NCBI GenBank assembly: GCA_964342815.1
Contig: CAYFHS010000006.1
Location: forward strand, 85,850-149,849
From: an uncultured archaeon
Lineage (GTDB): Archaea > Thermoplasmatota > Penumbrarchaeia > JASLWR01
Reading direction: 5' to 3'
Length of the DNA: 64,000 bases
Shown one piece after another: positions 28,274 through 38,140 of this stretch. How positions within the stretch are numbered: position 1 is the stretch's first letter; every line of letters begins with the position of its first letter. The translations under genes were made by a program, and so were the position numbers. The notes below the pieces were generated by a model. It worked only from the letters and a program-made list of their open reading frames with translations, did not search any database and had not been told where the DNA came from.

Positions 28274-30538
28274 ATGGTTGATAAAAAAATTTCATATTTA
28301 TTGGTTTTTCTTTTCATATTTATTTTTATACTCCTTTTCGGGTGCGGTCCTCGATTTGTTTCAATATCCGGAAATCGATCACCCGTTTTCCCCGGAACTG
28401 GTGAAAGGAGTTCCATGGATGATATGCTGGTCATGGACGAGGATAGTATTATCAATGACGGAGAAACGCTCAAGATACCTCCCGGGACCGTGGTATCGCT
28501 GGGGAAGGACGTCAGGTTGACCGTTTACGGAGCACTGGAGGTAAGAGGGGAGGTGAATGACCCCGTGGTCTTCAGGAGGAGTGATCCAAATTATCCCTGG
28601 GAAGGCATACTTGTAGAAAAAGGTGGATTTGCACATATTGTAAATGCCGATATTTCCGGCGGAACCAGGACCATCATATGCAATAACAGCTCGCCGATCT
28701 TGGAAAACCTATCAATCAGAGATGCGACTAACGGATTAATTGTTGCAGGCGACTCGAAGCCCTTTGTGAGGAATGTAAAGCTCGATAATGTAGTGAACGG
28801 TATCGGTCTTCGGTCGAATGAGAATTCCGGGGCCGACTTCGATTATTCCTTCACGGAATGGCAGGTGAATATGTCTGGTAGCGAAGGCTCCATAGACTAC
28901 CCGGCTCAACACTTGTCTTCCGATTCATTTATCTCACTCCAATCAAATTTTAAAAATTTGAAAGGAAATAATGCGACGAAGGTTGTTTTAGAAAACAGTT
29001 TTCATCTTTCGGCGTTTGAACATCTTTCGAGGGACGGCCTTCGTTTGGTGCTTTCCTACGACCGAACCATGGAAGACCTCCGGGGGATAAAGGTTAGGCT
29101 CAACGGTATTATACAAAACACCTCTTGCTCGGTAATTGATGCAGGTCTCTGTGAAAATGGAACATTTTTTCAGGCCCTTGAACTCTCCGGTTTCTATGAT
29201 AACTATTCGGACATGCTCTCCAATAAAAGGAATTCGCTCATTTCCCCTACTTCTCAGGTACCAAATATTATTCCTAACGAATATCACATAGCACTTGGGG
29301 AGGGATTAATGGAGGGTTTGAATGTGATCCGAGTTGAGTTGGATGAAAATTTATTTTCCGATAAACCACCCTCGGTATTCATGGAATCCGCTCTTCCCAC
29401 AGGTGGAGTATACGATAACATATCCATGACAAATGGCGGGGACTGGGGTTTATTTATCTCCGGATCCGAACCGCTTTTTTCCAGAGTGAATGTAGAAGGT
29501 GTTTCGCGTCATATGGTTGTCAAGGGATGCTCCCGCCCGGTCTTGTTAGAATGTAATTTTGTTGGAGGGAATGCAACGGACGGGATAATCTCACTGGATG
29601 AGGGAGCTTTTATCAGAATACGTGATTCGACATTTTCAGATTTCACTTCTTCGCCAATAGAGCTGTCCCAGGGTACTGCTGCTCTTGTTTTCTGTAGATT
29701 TGAAAATATCACCACAAATGAGATGGGAGCTCTAAAGCTGGATGTGAATCCGTTCATAATTCCCTCGGTTGCCAGCCTTCTGGAAATCCGACCCATCGTA
29801 ATAAATGGGATCGAGATGAAGAACATTTCTGGGTGGGGGCTCATGGTCTTGGGGGGCAGGATATCAATCTTCGATTCCACGTTCGCTGACAGCGCAAATG
29901 GTCTTTATATCGGTGAGGGGACAGCCGCGGATATTCGTGGAAATACATTTCGAGATCTGGTCTCCACAGGGATTCTTTTATACCGTGCCATGGATAATCG
30001 CGTTAACATAAATTCGAATTTATTTATTGCTGTTGAAAAATACGGAATAATTGTAAAACAGACTTCCGCCAGCCTCTCCGATAATATTGTGGAGGGTTCG
30101 ATCGATCACGCCGTTAGTTCCGTTAAATTAACTGACACTTATCTTCTGGAGCGTAACTGGGCAGTCTATATCGAGAACAGTATATGCAGTTTAGAAAGTA
30201 ATTTTATCTCGAACAACAGCTTTTCGATACTCGTTGGTATCGACAGCATAGCATGGCTGGAAAACAACCGGATCTCAGGAATTGACGGGATCGGTATTGG
30301 TGTTCTTTCAAAAAAAGCGGTTCATATTTCCGAAACTTCTGTTACAGTTTTAGACGGATATGACATTGTCTACTTCGAGGATTCAAAGGTCAGTTTTGAT
30401 CAGGTCACATACAATACAACTGCTTATATTGAAGAGGGTAATAATGAACTGGATGAAGGTTATTTCAGCGTTATTATTCCTGTAATTATCCTTTTCGTTC
30501 TATTGCTCGTGGCCCTTGTTCGTATCAAGATAAAATAA
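28274..30538 (+). CDS. Surface protein with right-handed parallel beta-helix (NosD/pectin-lyase-like) repeats and C-terminal TM
   Basis: Signal peptide; GTAADIRGNTF..., INSNLF, LESNFISNNSFSI solenoid repeats; W-E-G-I motif; C-terminal anchor. Confidence 0.8.
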   Translation: MVDKKISYLLVFLFIFIFILLFGCGPRFVSISGNRSPVFPGTGERSSMDDMLVMDEDSIINDGETLKIPPGTVVSLGKDVRLTVYGALEVRGEVNDPVVFRRSDPNYPWEGILVEKGGFAHIVNADISGGTRTIICNNSSPILENLSIRDATNGLIVAGDSKPFVRNVKLDNVVNGIGLRSNENSGADFDYSFTEWQVNMSGSEGSIDYPAQHLSSDSFISLQSNFKNLKGNNATKVVLENSFHLSAFEHLSRDGLRLVLSYDRTMEDLRGIKVRLNGIIQNTSCSVIDAGLCENGTFFQALELSGFYDNYSDMLSNKRNSLISPTSQVPNIIPNEYHIALGEGLMEGLNVIRVELDENLFSDKPPSVFMESALPTGGVYDNISMTNGGDWGLFISGSEPLFSRVNVEGVSRHMVVKGCSRPVLLECNFVGGNATDGIISLDEGAFIRIRDSTFSDFTSSPIELSQGTAALVFCRFENITTNEMGALKLDVNPFIIPSVASLLEIRPIVINGIEMKNISGWGLMVLGGRISIFDSTFADSANGLYIGEGTAADIRGNTFRDLVSTGILLYRAMDNRVNINSNLFIAVEKYGIIVKQTSASLSDNIVEGSIDHAVSSVKLTDTYLLERNWAVYIENSICSLESNFISNNSFSILVGIDSIAWLENNRISGIDGIGIGVLSKKAVHISETSVTVLDGYDIVYFEDSKVSFDQVTYNTTAYIEEGNNELDEGYFSVIIPVIILFVLLLVALVRIKIK

Positions 30539-30617
30539 TTTTTTTTTTATAACTTTGAGATTGAAATATCCGATAGATCAGTGGAATATTGTTTCTATAC
30601 AGAATATCCTGGCGAGT

Positions 30618-30628
30618 AAATTTAAGTA
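30618..30628 (+). promoter_or_regulatory. Putative TATA box, conserved in duplicated promoter (also near 34326-34336)
   Basis: ATTTAAGTA within a 231-bp block about 95% identical to the region upstream of 34391. Confidence 0.45.
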
Positions 30629-30682
30629 CTAACGAGTTTATGTTAATAGTATCAGTCTTTACATACCTGATGGTGAATGTCC

Positions 30683-33628
30683 ATGAAATTTATCTCGATT
30701 CCGTTTGTATTTTTACTTCTGTCAAGTATCTTTGCCGGGATCGTGAACTTAGAGGTTGAATTTGGGAAAGGAGATTTATCCGAAGTCGAGGTGGTTCAAA
30801 TCGGTGACACGGAAAGGGGAAACTCGTTTTCTATTGGTGCGAGAGGGAACCAATGGTACTCAGGGACGGTAGATTCTCAAGGTTCTGTGGGTAGATATTC
30901 TTCTATTGCAGTGGACCCTAATAATCAGGTACATATAAGTTATTATGATTACTCAAACAGTGCTTTAAAATACTCGATTTTTGACGGTATAAAATGGTCC
31001 ACGGATTTTGTCGATTCCAGGGGTAATGTTGGTGAATACACATCCATAGCCATCGATAGTCTGAATCAGCCCCACATCAGTTATTATGATAATAGCAATT
31101 ATAATCTGAAATATGCTTTTTTCAATGGCGTAAACTGGCAAACTGAAACCGTGGATTCAATTGGATATGTTGGAGAATATACATCACTGGCTCTAGACTC
31201 AAATGACCTTCCCCATATAAGTTATTATGATCTTATCAACTTCGATCTGAAATACACTTACAACAATGGGGTAGAATGGTATACTGAAACTGTGGATTAT
31301 CAAGGGAGAGTTGGTGAACATACCTCTATTGCCCTTGATTCCAATAACCATCCTCATATAAGTTATTATGATGATCTCAACCGCGGTTTGAGATATACTT
31401 ATTATGATGGAGATCAGTGGTTTAATGAGACGATATATTCCGAAGTTTCCGGAAGTCGGACCTCAATCGCAATTGATAACAACGACCACCCTCACATCAG
31501 CTTCGTTGACATTGGTAATGATGATTTGAAATATGCTCATTGGAATGGGACAGCATGGTTAAACGAAACTATTGACTCACAAAGGGAAGTAGGCTATTGT
31601 TCTTCATTAGCATTAGATGTAAAAGGAAATCCCCACATAGCTTATTATGACAATTCCAACGGTGGTCTGAAATATGTTTATTATGATGGATTTCTGTGGC
31701 GTTCCGAGCTTATAGATGCGTCGGTGGGTTCGTATTTGTCAATGACACTGGATGACTCCGACCAACCGCACATTAGCTATGAAAGCTTAAATTATTACCT
31801 GAAATATGCTACTATCGACGATGACCCACCCAATCTTATCAGCGATAACAGTCCGGATTACGCCACCACCGGCGACGAGTTCAATTTTAAAATATCTGCA
31901 TCGGATAATACTGAAATCGATGTGGTTTTTATCAACTGGACTCATGGTAGAGAAATGGGTATTGTAAATCTTTCTGAATCTGGACAATATTGGAAATCCA
32001 CGATCCGACTCGACCACACTCTAACGAACATGACCTATACAATATACATAGATGACATTATGGGAAACCGTTTTTGTGGTACTTTAGAGACAGTGATCAT
32101 ATCTGATAATGATCCTCCAGGAATGGAGCAACCTACAAATTCGCAAGGTTATACCGGGGACGAAATGACATTTTTTATTGATATTTTAGACAACATTGCA
32201 GTGGAAAATGTATATTTTACTTATTGGACTGGATGGGGCTCATATAATTACTCGATAGATAATAATACTGGCACTTCATGGAATATTACAATTATTACAC
32301 CTATTAGTGAATTGTCGTTAACGTATTACTTTTCCGCGATGGATACGTCCGGAAACTGGGCAAATACTACAGCGTATAACGTTGAGATCATTGATAATGA
32401 TGGGCCTTTGCTCATACAGGACTTGACAAGCGGCCAAGCAGTAACCGGTAGTAAATATTTTTTTCAAATAGGAGCCTGGGATCAGTCAGGTGTAGCATCT
32501 GCTAACATATGTTGTTCCTTTGACAATAATGTATATATTGAGAATCCCATGATCTATAATAATCTATTCGATTTATGGGATGGATTGATCTCAGTTTCTA
32601 TAAATTCCAGTTATATATATTACCATTTTAACATAACGGATTCCTACGGTAATTATCGATTAACGCCTCAGAGGATCATCAAGGTTATAGATAATATAAA
32701 ACCTGTGGTAGAGACGGGAAAGGATATGGTTTGTTCGCTAAATGAAACCGTTACGTTCGATGGATCAGGTTCAGTTGACAATATCGGCATAGTATCGTAT
32801 AATTGGACTTTCAATTATAATGGAACACCAATATTGCTGACCGGTGAAAGATCAAACTTTAGCTTCAATATCTTGGGAGTCTATGGCATCAAATTAACAG
32901 TAACCGATGAAGCAGGAAATATAGCAAATGATATATTCATTCTAGGAGTGAAAGATATTACACCACCCATTGCCAACATATCATTGTTGGGAAATTACAA
33001 TTATAGCAATGGATTGTATATAATTCCTGTTAATCAAAAAATCATTTTTTCCGGTAGGGATAGTTATGACAATGATATAATCGAGCAATATCTTTGGAGA
33101 TTCAAAGATAACTTGAAACAGGTTGAAAGGGAAAAAGATCAAATATCATACAGTTTTAGTCAACCCGGATATTATTATATCATGCTTACGACCACTGATC
33201 GGTCTGGAAATAACGGCACTAATCTTATTAAAATAGATGTAATCGAGGATGATATAGAGAATGAAATCATTGATAAACCTAAGGAGACCGTACCTAAAAA
33301 AATTGAGAATGACAACTCCTTTTTGGACATAATCTTGGATATACTATTGATAATTTTATTATTGGTCATTGGTTATATGCTCGTTGTAAGGTTTAAAACG
33401 AGAAAAAATAAAAAACCAAAAGTATCAACTAGAAGAGCCAATGATGGAGGCCGCTTATTTAGAACGTCCAATAAGTATCGAAGACGGAGAAAATTAAGAT
33501 ATAAGATGCCTAAAGCCAGGGAGATGCCGGGGGAACAGATTTTTTCAAATTCTACACGGCAGGGGCTGAGAACTCCACCGGAGGCTCCAATAAATACCCG
33601 TTATTCTCATGGTTTTAATGATTGGTAG
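30683..33628 (+). CDS. 7-bladed beta-propeller + Ig + PKD + TM protein, copy 1, ending at an in-frame TAG
   Basis: Seven W.TE.VD..G.VG.YTS.A.D....PHISY repeats; paralog of 34391-37753. ATG 30683 matches the paralog start, with GGTGA upstream. Confidence 0.85.
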   Translation: MKFISIPFVFLLLSSIFAGIVNLEVEFGKGDLSEVEVVQIGDTERGNSFSIGARGNQWYSGTVDSQGSVGRYSSIAVDPNNQVHISYYDYSNSALKYSIFDGIKWSTDFVDSRGNVGEYTSIAIDSLNQPHISYYDNSNYNLKYAFFNGVNWQTETVDSIGYVGEYTSLALDSNDLPHISYYDLINFDLKYTYNNGVEWYTETVDYQGRVGEHTSIALDSNNHPHISYYDDLNRGLRYTYYDGDQWFNETIYSEVSGSRTSIAIDNNDHPHISFVDIGNDDLKYAHWNGTAWLNETIDSQREVGYCSSLALDVKGNPHIAYYDNSNGGLKYVYYDGFLWRSELIDASVGSYLSMTLDDSDQPHISYESLNYYLKYATIDDDPPNLISDNSPDYATTGDEFNFKISASDNTEIDVVFINWTHGREMGIVNLSESGQYWKSTIRLDHTLTNMTYTIYIDDIMGNRFCGTLETVIISDNDPPGMEQPTNSQGYTGDEMTFFIDILDNIAVENVYFTYWTGWGSYNYSIDNNTGTSWNITIITPISELSLTYYFSAMDTSGNWANTTAYNVEIIDNDGPLLIQDLTSGQAVTGSKYFFQIGAWDQSGVASANICCSFDNNVYIENPMIYNNLFDLWDGLISVSINSSYIYYHFNITDSYGNYRLTPQRIIKVIDNIKPVVETGKDMVCSLNETVTFDGSGSVDNIGIVSYNWTFNYNGTPILLTGERSNFSFNILGVYGIKLTVTDEAGNIANDIFILGVKDITPPIANISLLGNYNYSNGLYIIPVNQKIIFSGRDSYDNDIIEQYLWRFKDNLKQVEREKDQISYSFSQPGYYYIMLTTTDRSGNNGTNLIKIDVIEDDIENEIIDKPKETVPKKIENDNSFLDIILDILLIILLLVIGYMLVVRFKTRKNKKPKVSTRRANDGGRLFRTSNKYRRRRKLRYKMPKAREMPGEQIFSNSTRQGLRTPPEAPINTRYSHGFNDW

Positions 33629-34024
33629 TCATCTCCGGTACCGGAAATATCCATCGAAAAGGATCCGATTCCCAAAACGGTGGAGAAGGAACAATTGAAT
33701 GATAATATTAATTTGGGTATTGGTCCGAAGGTCCATGTTGAACCAATTGGGACGGGTCGGGTGATAAAAACAAAACCCGTACCAGTTCTCGCAAATCCTT
33801 TTGATATTTCAACACGCCAGGGATGCCTGAATTTTTATAATATGCTTCTTGGGAAAAACCGTATTAACGTTACGTTAAGATCTGATTCCACCCCTGATCA
33901 GATCAAGAAAGCCCACAGAATAATAATAAAGAAATATCATCCCGATAAGTGGCAAAAGGACAAAGATAAAGCCACCTTTCTCATGAAAAGGATTAACGCC
34001 GCCTGGGAATTGCTTTCCAAATAA
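33629..34024 (+). CDS. In-frame continuation after TAG encoding an HPD J-domain (split gene or read-through)
   Basis: Same frame as 30683-33628; DQIKKAHRIIIKKYHPDKW...KRINAAWELLS; collinear with the paralog C-terminus. Confidence 0.75.
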   Translation, partial: SSPVPEISIEKDPIPKTVEKEQLNDNINLGIGPKVHVEPIGTGRVIKTKPVPVLANPFDISTRQGCLNFYNMLLGKNRINVTLRSDSTPDQIKKAHRIIIKKYHPDKWQKDKDKATFLMKRINAAWELLSK

Positions 34025-34127
34025 TAATTTTTTTTAATGGAAAACAAAAGCTAGAATCAGTCCCCTTGTTGACTAGACTTGAAATTGGGTACTTGAAACA
34101 TTAGCCGATCGGTTTTAAGGTACTATT

Positions 34128-34251
34128 TACATTAATACCGCGTATTTAGTGGAGGATGATATTAAAGGGGATGGAGGTGATTTTGGATTATTCTTGCTAT
34201 AATTTTTCCCTTATCCTAGTTCTCTTGATCCTCGTTCGCGGAATAAAATGG
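34128..34251 (+). pseudogene. Decayed remnant of 3' end of beta-helix gene 28274-30538
   Basis: Three-frame translation YINTAYLVEDDIKGDGGDF / WIILAII / LILVLLILVRGIK resembles YNTTAYIEEGNNELDEGYF...FVLLLVALVRIKIK; same ~60-nt spacing to the duplicated promoter. Confidence 0.45.
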
Positions 34252-34390
34252 AATCCTTCTATATTACAGGTTGAAAGTTTTTGTATGTGTGTATTCTTAT
34301 ATCTGTGTTGAATATCCTAGCGAGTAGATTTAAGTACTAACGAGTTTATGTTATTAGTATCAGTCTTTACATACCTGATGGTGAATATCC

Positions 34391-37300
34391 ATGAAATTTA
34401 TCTCGATTCCGTTTGTTTTTTTACTTCTGTCAGGTATCTTTGCCGGGATCGTGAACCTAGAGGTTGAATTCGGGAAAGGGGATTTATCCGAAGTCGAAGT
34501 GGTTCAAATCGGTGACACGGAAAGGGGAACCTCGTTTTCTTTGGGTACCAGAGGGAATAACTGGTACAGTGTTCAAATTGATACTTTAGGTTACAGGGGG
34601 CAAACCACCATTGCATTGGATTCGAATAATCAAGCACATATAAGTTATTATGATTCTTCCAATAACGAGCTGAAATACTCTAATTTTGATGGAAACAAAT
34701 GGTCCATTGATTTTATCGATCCGGCTGGTGGGTATGGTGCGTACCCATCCATTGCTATTGATAACTTGAATCAGCCCCATATGAGTTATTATGGTAACGG
34801 AGATTTGAAATATGCTTATTTAAAATGGATGGAATGGCAGACCGAAATGGTAGATTTTGTGGGGGATGTCGGTTATCATACGTCTCTGGCTTTGGATTCT
34901 GACAATCATCCTCATATAAGCTATTATGATAATTCCAATACTGATCTGAAATACGCATATCACGATGGGGCGGAATGGCAGACCGAAATAGTGGATTCTC
35001 AAGGTATAGTCGGTTCATATACCTCTATTGCTCTGGATTCACAGGATCTTCCTCACATTAGTTATTTTGATTATACCAACTATGACCTAAAATACGCATT
35101 TTTTGATGGATCTCGGTGGCACAACCAGACCCTGGATTCAAATGGGAATGTTGGAAGGTATACGTCATTGGCAGTGGATTCTAATGACCGTCCACATATC
35201 AGCTATGTTGATTATTCGTACTCCGATCTGAAATACACAGCCTATGATGGGACCAATTGGCAAACTGAAACTGTGGATTTGCAAGGACCGCATGATGCTT
35301 ACACATCTATTGCCCTGGATTCAAATGACCGCCCACACATAAGTTATCATGATAATTCCAATCGCGACCTTAAATATGCTATTTTTGATGGATCTATCTG
35401 GCGGACCGAGATTGTAGATACAGAGGGCGGGGAAGCTTCGTCATTGGCTTTGGACGACAAAGATATACCGCATATTAGCTATGATTGCAGTACCGGAGGT
35501 TACGGTTATTACTTAAAATATACTACACTCGACTACGATCCCCCAATTCTTCTTAGCGATAAGAGCCCGGATTTTGCCACAACCGGCGATGAGTTCGATT
35601 TTAAGATATCCGCCTGGGATATTACGGAAGTTGGTGAAGTTTATATCGATTGGGCCCATGGGAAGAAAACGGGTATTGAAAATCTATCCAAATCGGGTGA
35701 ATATTGGAAATCCAATGTACGTCTCGATCACAATTTATCGAAGATGACCTATACAATATACATGGATGATATAATGGGAAACCGTTTTAATAGTAGCTTA
35801 CAGACGGTGAATATCACCGATAACGACCTCCCGGTATTGGAGCAACCTAAGCATATGCAAGGGTATGCCGGGGAGCCGATAACTTTTAGGATTCCCATTG
35901 GGGACAATATCGCATTGGAAAGGGTACATTTCGCATATTGGTACGGATCAGGTTCATACAATTATTCGGTTGTAAATAACTCACAAAATACATGGAATAT
36001 TACAATAACCGCACCTACTAATGAACTTTGGTTCTCCTATTACTTTTCCGCTATGGATACCTCCGGTAACTGGGCGGATACCCCAATATATAATATAGAG
36101 CTCTACGATATCAAAGCACCTGTGCTTCTGGATGACCTCACGAGCGGCCAACCAAAAACCGGTAAACTATTTCGTATTCAGATGAGAGCCTGGGACCATT
36201 TCGGTATCTCTTCTGTGAATCTTTTTTATTCGTCTGACGTTAATACATATGTTGATGATCCCATGATCTATTTTTATCAGCATGATTTCTGGGAGAGTTC
36301 GATTACCATTCCGATTGATGCCACTTATATTTATTATTATTTCATAATAACGGATTCAAACGGTAATTCCTTACTGACAGATATCAGGAATATCGATGTG
36401 CTGGATAAACAAAAGCCCGTGGCCGATGCTGGAAAAGATCGGATTATAAAGCAGCACGAATCGGTAATATTCGATGGGTCTAGCTCTCGCGATAACATGG
36501 GGATCGTGTCGTATAATTGGACCTTTGTCTATGATAATGAAACTATATTGTTGACCGGTGAAAGATTGAGTTTTTCATTCAGCAGTTTTGGAATTTATAG
36601 TGTTACATTAACTGTTTCCGATAAAGCCGGTAATATTGCAAAGGATATAATGATCGTAGATGTGAAGGATACTACCCCTCCCAAAGCCAATGCATCACTG
36701 TTCGGAAAACATAATTTTACCGAGGGTTGGTATATTTTTCCAGAGAATCAGGTGGTCTATCTGGACGGTAGGGGGAGTACAGATAATGACTTGATTGATA
36801 AATATATCTGGAGGTTCGAGGAGGGTCGCAAACAGATTGAAATCAAGGGGTACCTGAGGTCATACACGTTTAGTCAACCCGGGGTCTATACAGTTATACT
36901 TACAACCTATGATCGATCCGGTAATTCTGGCTCAGATATCATGAAATTGGACGTATTGGGGGATGAAACCGATTTTGAAATCCCTGAGGAACCAGCAGGT
37001 AACCCTTCTCCGGTGAAAGAGAAAGAAACAGAAAAAGAAAAAGATTACTCTTTCTATATTTACCTGGGTATTCTTTTGTTACCACTGTTTTTAACAATTG
37101 ATATCTTGCTCGTGATGAGGTATCGAAGGAGAAAAATAAAAACGAGAGTTTCAATTGAGGATCCCGATTATACTGAGCAATCTTATGAACAGATTGATAA
37201 GTATGTAAGGCGTAGAAAACATCGTGAAAAGACAAGACAAACGTGGGAAATACCGGGAGACAGTATATTTTCTTATTCGACATGGGAGTGGCTGGGAGCT

Positions 37301-37753
37301 CCACCGGAGGGTCCGGTAAATCCACGTTATTCCAATGCAAATGATGGTTGGCAATCATCTCAGGTACCGGGAATATCCATAGAAAAAGATCCCCTTCCCA
37401 AATCGATAGATGTGGGGATATTGAATGAAGATATAGAATGGGACCCGATCAGAATTATCCAAGGCAGGCCAATTGGAGCCCGTAGTGTGAAGAAAACAAT
37501 ACCCGTTCCAATCCTCGCAAATCCTTTTGATATTACCAAAAGGCAGGGATGCCTGAATTTTTATAATATGCTTCTTGGGAAAAAAAAGTTCAAAATTAAA
37601 TTATCGTCCGATTCCACACCCGATCAGATCAAGAAAGCGCGCAGGATAATAATCAAGAATTATCATCCCGATAAATGGCAGAGCGACAAAGATAAGGCCA
37701 CCTTTCTCATGAAGAGGATCAACGTCGCGTGGGACTTGCTTTCTAAAAAATAA
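34391..37753 (+). CDS. 7-bladed beta-propeller + Ig + PKD + TM + cytoplasmic DnaJ (J) domain protein, copy 2, intact
   Basis: Seven PHISY blades, two PKD repeats, TM, C-terminal IKKARRIIIKNYHPDKW...KRINVAWDLLS. Confidence 0.88.
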   Translation: MKFISIPFVFLLLSGIFAGIVNLEVEFGKGDLSEVEVVQIGDTERGTSFSLGTRGNNWYSVQIDTLGYRGQTTIALDSNNQAHISYYDSSNNELKYSNFDGNKWSIDFIDPAGGYGAYPSIAIDNLNQPHMSYYGNGDLKYAYLKWMEWQTEMVDFVGDVGYHTSLALDSDNHPHISYYDNSNTDLKYAYHDGAEWQTEIVDSQGIVGSYTSIALDSQDLPHISYFDYTNYDLKYAFFDGSRWHNQTLDSNGNVGRYTSLAVDSNDRPHISYVDYSYSDLKYTAYDGTNWQTETVDLQGPHDAYTSIALDSNDRPHISYHDNSNRDLKYAIFDGSIWRTEIVDTEGGEASSLALDDKDIPHISYDCSTGGYGYYLKYTTLDYDPPILLSDKSPDFATTGDEFDFKISAWDITEVGEVYIDWAHGKKTGIENLSKSGEYWKSNVRLDHNLSKMTYTIYMDDIMGNRFNSSLQTVNITDNDLPVLEQPKHMQGYAGEPITFRIPIGDNIALERVHFAYWYGSGSYNYSVVNNSQNTWNITITAPTNELWFSYYFSAMDTSGNWADTPIYNIELYDIKAPVLLDDLTSGQPKTGKLFRIQMRAWDHFGISSVNLFYSSDVNTYVDDPMIYFYQHDFWESSITIPIDATYIYYYFIITDSNGNSLLTDIRNIDVLDKQKPVADAGKDRIIKQHESVIFDGSSSRDNMGIVSYNWTFVYDNETILLTGERLSFSFSSFGIYSVTLTVSDKAGNIAKDIMIVDVKDTTPPKANASLFGKHNFTEGWYIFPENQVVYLDGRGSTDNDLIDKYIWRFEEGRKQIEIKGYLRSYTFSQPGVYTVILTTYDRSGNSGSDIMKLDVLGDETDFEIPEEPAGNPSPVKEKETEKEKDYSFYIYLGILLLPLFLTIDILLVMRYRRRKIKTRVSIEDPDYTEQSYEQIDKYVRRRKHREKTRQTWEIPGDSIFSYSTWEWLGAPPEGPVNPRYSNANDGWQSSQVPGISIEKDPLPKSIDVGILNEDIEWDPIRIIQGRPIGARSVKKTIPVPILANPFDITKRQGCLNFYNMLLGKKKFKIKLSSDSTPDQIKKARRIIIKNYHPDKWQSDKDKATFLMKRINVAWDLLSKK

Positions 37754-37956
37754 TATATCTCCCACAACTGGAAAAAATATGCAGTAACTCGCAATCCCCT
37801 TGGTCGAAAATAAATGCAGGTACACGCAGCCCCTTTCAGGCTCTGCTGTCCCTAAATTTTTCCATAAATGTAAAAATGCAGGTGCTCGCCCTGCTCCGGC
37901 GGAAACAAGTTCCGCCTGCCCCTTCAATTTTTTTCTCTCATAGTTCGAAAAAAATA

Positions 37957-38052
37957 TGCAGGTGTCGGGATTTGAACCCGAGCAGTAGGCTTTCTCCGGT
38001 AACAGTGTTACCGTGGAAGGCCCAAATCCTAACCAGGCTAGATCACACCTGC
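37957..38052 (-). tRNA. tRNA-Gly: tRNA-Gly(UCC) with 22-nt intron at canonical 37/38 position
   Basis: Acceptor GCAGGTG/CACCTGC-A, D arm ATCTAGCCTGGTTAGGAT, T arm CGGGTTCAAATCCCG, anticodon TCC. Intron 37992-38013 forms a BHB motif (CTTC/GGAG helix, CAC and AAA bulges). Confidence 0.95.
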
Positions 38053-38082
38053 ATCGTCGGTCCGGCGCTATCGGTTATTTGA

Positions 38083-38090
38083 TATTTAAA
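38083..38090 (-). promoter_or_regulatory. TATA box of tRNA-Gly gene
   Basis: TTTAAATA on the minus strand about 30 nt upstream of the mature 5' end. Confidence 0.5.
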
Positions 38091-38140
38091 GATATTTCTC
38101 GCTGGATATTGCTTTCATGACGAGACCCATGATGGCAGGC

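Noticed and set aside
33626-33628. Genome-wide reassignment of TAG
   Set aside because: TAG ends genes at family-typical positions elsewhere (DUF424 49312-49314, GT4 44612-44614), so it functions as a stop in this genome.
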